Notes under the pieces: model-generated
Database searches by the model: none
The model's input: the letters and a program-made list of their open reading frames with translations, nothing else
Told to the model about the DNA's origin: nothing
Translations under genes and position numbers: made by a program
DNA from: Desulfatiglandales bacterium
Lineage (GTDB): Bacteria > Desulfobacterota > DSM-4660 > Desulfatiglandales > Desulfatiglandaceae
Assembly (NCBI GenBank): GCA_963662465.1
Contig: OY759599.1
Coordinates: 2,688,001 to 2,752,000, forward strand
Length of the DNA stretch: 64,000 nt
Direction: 5' to 3'
In this document: positions 60,161 through 64,000 of the stretch, piece by piece
Position numbering within the stretch: the first letter of the stretch is position 1
Layout: the number at the start of each line of letters is the position of its first letter

Positions 60161-60305
60161 TAGTGCCTGAACGAAAAAGCCGTTCAGGCACGGTTTTAAG
60201 TTTTAGGTTTTAAGTTTTAAGTGAAAAAACGGAACCATATCATCTAGTTGTAAATATCTAACGAAAATTGGAAAATGATGTTTAGATATTTTCGTTCAGG
60301 CACTA
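60161..60305. mobile_element. complete 145-bp MITE-like element with perfect terminal inverted repeats and TA ends
   Basis: Left end TAGTGCCTGAACGAAAA, right end TTTTCGTTCAGGCACTA (17-bp perfect IR including TA); internal hairpin and four TTTTA(A/G)G heptamers. Confidence 0.85.
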
Positions 60306-61301
60306 CATACCCGAAGTAAAGGATACCACTTTATCCAGCCATGCTTTGCCGATTTCCGATTCAAATTCTTTCCAGACGGTCATCTCCGCCTGTTTGAATT
60401 TGTCCATTTCTTCCGGTGAAAGTTGAATCACATCCACGCCCTTTGCTTTCAAGGCCGCCGGCGCCTCCTGGGTGAGTTTCATGCTGGCAGCCCGGGCCTT
60501 TTCAAAATTTCGGTGAATGCTGCCGAAAATGATGTCGCGCGCCTTGGGATCCAATTTCTGATACCATTTTTCGTTGACCACCAGGAAAAACAAGCCCACC
60601 ATATGGTTTGTTTCCGTAAAGTTTTTACAGACATCGGCCAGGCGGAGTCGGGCCACATTCAGGGTCTGGTCCGTGCCATCCACAACCCCCTGTTTCAAGG
60701 CCGGAAAAACGTCGCCCCAGGACAGGGGAACCGGGTTAACGCCTAACGCTTTCCAGAAGGCCACGGGATAACGGGCCTGGGTGGTGCGCATCTTCATGGA
60801 TTTCAGATCAGCAAGGGTATGGATGGGTTTGGTGGAGACCAGTCCGTAAATACCGAAATAGGCCACATCCACCACCCGCAACCCCTTGGGAACCAGGGAA
60901 CTGAACAATTCCTCCCGCAATGCATCGTTTTTCAGTAAAGAATTCCATTTCTCATAGGAGTTCATGCAATAGGCCAGGGTGCCGATCCCGAATTTTGAGT
61001 CCAAATCCGGCGCGTAGTTGCCGGTTAAAAATCCCGCCTGCAATGTCCCCATGCGGACCTTTTTGACGATTTCGATGGTACTCCCCATCTGTTTGCTGTG
61101 AAAATATTTGCACTTGACGACGCCCTTGGCATTTTCCTTGAGGTCCTTTTCAATCCAAACCCCCACCTGGGCGCCCGGTTCATTGGGTGGAATGAAGTGT
61201 GCAAACTTAAATGAAACACTCTTGGCCTGAGCGCCGCCGCTGAGAACCATCACCAGGGCCGCAACCATAAACATGTTAAACACAAACCGACTTTTTTTCA
61301 T
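60303..61301 (-). CDS. dctP: TRAP transporter substrate-binding protein
   Basis: Signal peptide; DLKSMKMR (conserved Arg), LGVNPVPL.WGDVF.AL.QGVVDG. Confidence 0.93.
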   Translation of the reverse strand: MKKSRFVFNMFMVAALVMVLSGGAQAKSVSFKFAHFIPPNEPGAQVGVWIEKDLKENAKGVVKCKYFHSKQMGSTIEIVKKVRMGTLQAGFLTGNYAPDLDSKFGIGTLAYCMNSYEKWNSLLKNDALREELFSSLVPKGLRVVDVAYFGIYGLVSTKPIHTLADLKSMKMRTTQARYPVAFWKALGVNPVPLSWGDVFPALKQGVVDGTDQTLNVARLRLADVCKNFTETNHMVGLFFLVVNEKWYQKLDPKARDIIFGSIHRNFEKARAASMKLTQEAPAALKAKGVDVIQLSPEEMDKFKQAEMTVWKEFESEIGKAWLDKVVSFTSGM

Positions 61302-61474
61302 CCTTTTCTCCTTTCGTTGGAAAAAAAATTAATCTTTGGGCAAAGGCCCACTCATAAACCAACCTCATGATGCTATGCAATTCTCTAAAATGTTTCTTAA
61401 CGAATCATACGTTTCCAAGGGTATCACATGATTCATGAAATCTATTTTAAATTTGATTGATCGGAAGGTAATAT

Positions 61475-61619
61475 TACTGTACGATCGGTAGAATTTTTTT
61501 TATCACCTCCAGATGATGTTGTCAATATTTTTTTAGAAAAAGATGCCAATATGTTTTCACCTCCAAAATTCATTTGACAAAATAATTGTTCGGCAAGTAT
61601 GTTTACCTAACGATCGGTA
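61475..61619. promoter_or_regulatory. divergent promoters with two TetR-type operators
   Basis: TACTGTACGATCGGTA (61475-61490) and TACCTAACGATCGGTA (61604-61619); TTGACA on - (61525-61520) and TTGACA-N18-TATGTT on + (61574-61603). Each operator lies just downstream of its promoter. Confidence 0.7.
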
Positions 61620-61684
61620 GAAAATATTTTTCATAACATAAACCTCTTTTTTTAGATTACATTAGATTCAATCGGGAGAATGCC

Positions 61685-62296
61685 ATGCTGAAATCATATC
61701 GAGAAAAAGAAAAGGAGCGACGTCGGGCCACCGTTTATGGAACGGCCACCAAGATTCTCTGCAATCTTGGATATGAAAAAGCCTCCATCCGGAACATCGC
61801 CGAGGCCATGGGGATGACGAAGGCGGGACTTTATTACTACTTTGACAGCAAGGAAGATTTGTTATACCAAATTCTCGACAGCTATATGGACGATCTCCTG
61901 ACCGGCATTCAGGACATCGCGGAACGGATTACAGACCCTCTTTCTTTTCTTCGAGAATGCATTCGCTTTCAGGTGAACCTGTATTGCAGGGACAAATACC
62001 GGAGCAAGCTGATTATTCACGATGAAAATTGTTTGAACGGCCGATACTACCAGGCGCTGAAGGAAAAACAGCGCACCTATCTGTCCTACTGGCGAGAAGG
62101 ACTTTTGAAGTTCTGCGAACAGGAAGGGATAGAAACCGGCAATCTATCTGTGGATGTACATTTCCTGGTGGGGATGTGCAACTGGACCTACCAGTGGTAC
62201 AACGCCAAAGGCGAGGTGGATCCGGATGCCCTTGCGGATCGCATTTTCAGTATTTTCTTCTATGGGTTCAAAGACTGCACTGCCAACCACGCCTGA
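61685..62296 (+). CDS. TetR/AcrR-family regulator (KstR2-like C-terminal domain)
   Basis: GYEKASIRNIA..GMTKAGLYYYFDSKEDL HTH; GMCNW.YQWY...G. Confidence 0.93.
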   Translation: MLKSYREKEKERRRATVYGTATKILCNLGYEKASIRNIAEAMGMTKAGLYYYFDSKEDLLYQILDSYMDDLLTGIQDIAERITDPLSFLRECIRFQVNLYCRDKYRSKLIIHDENCLNGRYYQALKEKQRTYLSYWREGLLKFCEQEGIETGNLSVDVHFLVGMCNWTYQWYNAKGEVDPDALADRIFSIFFYGFKDCTANHA

Positions 62297-63339
62297 AACA
62301 ATTTGAAACCGAGGGACAAAACAACGGCCCCGAGAAACAAACCGATAATACCGCTGAACATGAATCCCCCGAGAGCGCCGATAAACACCACCAGCATGGG
62401 AACGGACGCCCCCCGTCCCATCAGAAGCGGCTTCAGAAACGAATCGCACAACCCCACCAGGAGGCTCCAGATGGCGAATACGACCGCCGGCGCCGTACTG
62501 GCCGCATAAAAAACATAGATGATGATCGGACCCAGAACCAGTATGGTGGGAAGCTGGATCACCGCAAGAATCAGGACCAGCAGCGCCCACAAACCGGCCG
62601 CCGGCACACCTATTACCAGACAGCCGATGCCGGCCAGGATGGCCTGAATGACGGCCACCCCCAGAATGCCCCTGGAAACACTGCGTACCGTCGCACCGGA
62701 CAGCGCCACAAATTCCATACCCCTTTCCCCGGCCAGACGGACGGCAATGGCCCTGGCTACCTGAATGCCGGTTTCGCTACTGGCCAAAAGCACTCCGGAA
62801 ATTACAATGGCCACCACGAATTTTATAACGCTGAATCCCGTACCGGCCGCCTTGTTCAAAAGCCACAGGGCAAATATCTTGATCTGGGGAGCGATTTTAA
62901 CCAGGGCGGCAAAGATATTTTCCGATGACAACCGCCAGAAATTGTAAAGGCTTTCGCCAATGACAGGCCAGTGTTTAATCCCTTCGGGAGCCACGGGAAT
63001 TTTCAGGGTGCCGTTCGAGATACCGGAGGAAAGCTTTTCCGCCGTATCCACAAGGGATCCCACAAACAACACGCTGGGCGCCAGGAGAATCAGCAGGAGA
63101 AGAAGCACGACCAGGGTAGCCGCCGGCTTGTTTCGGTTTCCCATGGCCGAAACAAACAGCCGGTAAACCGGTGAAACGCCGATGGCAATGATGATGCCCC
63201 AGAAAAAGATCTCGATAAAAGGCTCTGCAATCTTGAAACACCAGAATAAAAGCAGCAGCACCAGGCCCACATGAATGGTGACTTCCATGGCCCTGGATAC
63301 GAGGACATTACGATCGGAAGGATCATCTGAAGCGTTCAA
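62260..63339 (-). CDS. AI-2E-family transporter
   Basis: DSFLKP.LMGRG..VPM.VVFIG.LGG..FSG.IGLFLG. Confidence 0.92.
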   Translation of the reverse strand: MNASDDPSDRNVLVSRAMEVTIHVGLVLLLLFWCFKIAEPFIEIFFWGIIIAIGVSPVYRLFVSAMGNRNKPAATLVVLLLLLILLAPSVLFVGSLVDTAEKLSSGISNGTLKIPVAPEGIKHWPVIGESLYNFWRLSSENIFAALVKIAPQIKIFALWLLNKAAGTGFSVIKFVVAIVISGVLLASSETGIQVARAIAVRLAGERGMEFVALSGATVRSVSRGILGVAVIQAILAGIGCLVIGVPAAGLWALLVLILAVIQLPTILVLGPIIIYVFYAASTAPAVVFAIWSLLVGLCDSFLKPLLMGRGASVPMLVVFIGALGGFMFSGIIGLFLGAVVLSLGFKLFQAWLAVQSLNP

Positions 63340-63470
63340 AAGGCAGCCTCCATGTTATAGTTGCGCGATCATCTCCCCAAGCGCGTTAAGATGGGCTTTT
63401 TCATCGTCCGCGATCCGTTGCGGAAGCAACCTGTTTTTTTCATTTTCCACATGTCCCGCCTCTTTCCGGA

Positions 63471-64000
63471 TTACTGCGCAGGCAATGCCGCGGCAATTTT
63501 CTTTCCCAGGACCGCACATGCGGCCAATCCATTTTCATCAGGCACATACTGGAGTTTGACCCCGGGATCAATGACGTCAAATTTCATTTCTTCCAAGGCC
63601 TTCTGCACAATTTTAACGGACTCACCACTCCATCCGAAGGAGCCGAAGGGGGCTGCAATCTTGTTTAAGGGTTTCAATCCCTTCATGTAGGTCAAAAAAT
63701 CGGCGACTGTGGGAAAAATACCGTTGTTGAATGTAGGAGACCCCACAATAATGGCGCCGGCATCCAGGACTTCCGTCATAATGTCGCTTCGGTGGCAACG
63801 CCGCAAATGCATGGGTTTGGCATCCACCCCTTCATCGATCAAAGCACCGACAATGGTTTCAGCCATGGCCTCGGTGCTGTGCCACATGGTATCGTAAATC
63901 ACCAGCGCTTTTCGCCTGGGTTCCTGTTTGCTCAATGCCACATAGGTATTGATGATTTTTCCGGGATCCTTTCGCCAGATGATGCCGTGGTCCGGGCAGA
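63471..64000 (-). CDS. fprA: flavodiiron protein (FprA / rubredoxin:oxygen oxidoreductase-like), C-terminal part; 5' end outside window
   Basis: The frame extends to the window edge as CPDHGIIWR...; flavodoxin motifs YDTMWHSTE, GSPTFN, FGSFGWSG. Confidence 0.9.
   Translation of the reverse strand, partial: CPDHGIIWRKDPGKIINTYVALSKQEPRRKALVIYDTMWHSTEAMAETIVGALIDEGVDAKPMHLRRCHRSDIMTEVLDAGAIIVGSPTFNNGIFPTVADFLTYMKGLKPLNKIAAPFGSFGWSGESVKIVQKALEEMKFDVIDPGVKLQYVPDENGLAACAVLGKKIAAALPAQ

Noticed and set aside
55511..60305. Hairpin-plus-heptamer repeats as a CRISPR array
   Set aside because: Copies are kilobases apart, with no regular repeat-spacer period and no cas genes.

Overview
Chromosomal segment, most consistent with a Desulfobacterota (sulfate-reducer-like deltaproteobacterial) genome. 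This is inferred from gene content: sigma54 activators and promoters, a flavodiiron protein, a TRAP/acyl-CoA cluster and a CheB-CheR fusion. No rRNA, tRNA, CRISPR array, integrase or transposase was recognised. Main blocks: (1) a partial SpeD-like gene with a sigma54 promoter, facing a sigma54 activator; (2) a ~7.6 kb IPTL-CTERM surface-protein gene broken by two frameshifts and flanked by gene fragments; (3) an unusual minus-strand cluster with a 1384-aa PPDK-like dikinase that lacks the pyruvate-binding barrel but carries a ~870-aa unknown N-terminal region, translationally coupled to a divergent GAPDH-family enzyme and followed by an EHD-like dynamin-family NTPase (best candidate for an undescribed system); (4) housekeeping and transport genes (cyclophilin, carboxyltransferase/BCCP, VapBC, RND pair, MscS, MutY with an intact Nudix box, RsbW/STAS, MltB, SuhB, RlmN, YitT); (5) a sigma54-driven small secreted peptide with two DGSC motifs; (6) a signalling cluster (Hsp20, pseudo-receiver, NarL-type regulator, PAS kinases, CheB-CheR); (7) a nucleotidyltransferase pair, CrcB with DUF190-CBS, a 7TM-DISM hybrid kinase, YhcG and an Fe-S protein; (8) a TetR-controlled TRAP/CoA-ligase/acyl-CoA dehydrogenase cluster, an AI-2E transporter and a partial FprA. 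A non-autonomous MITE-like family with TTTTAAG heptamer tails overlaps TAG stop codons at several sites. All protein-family calls come from motif recognition by eye; no database searches were run.
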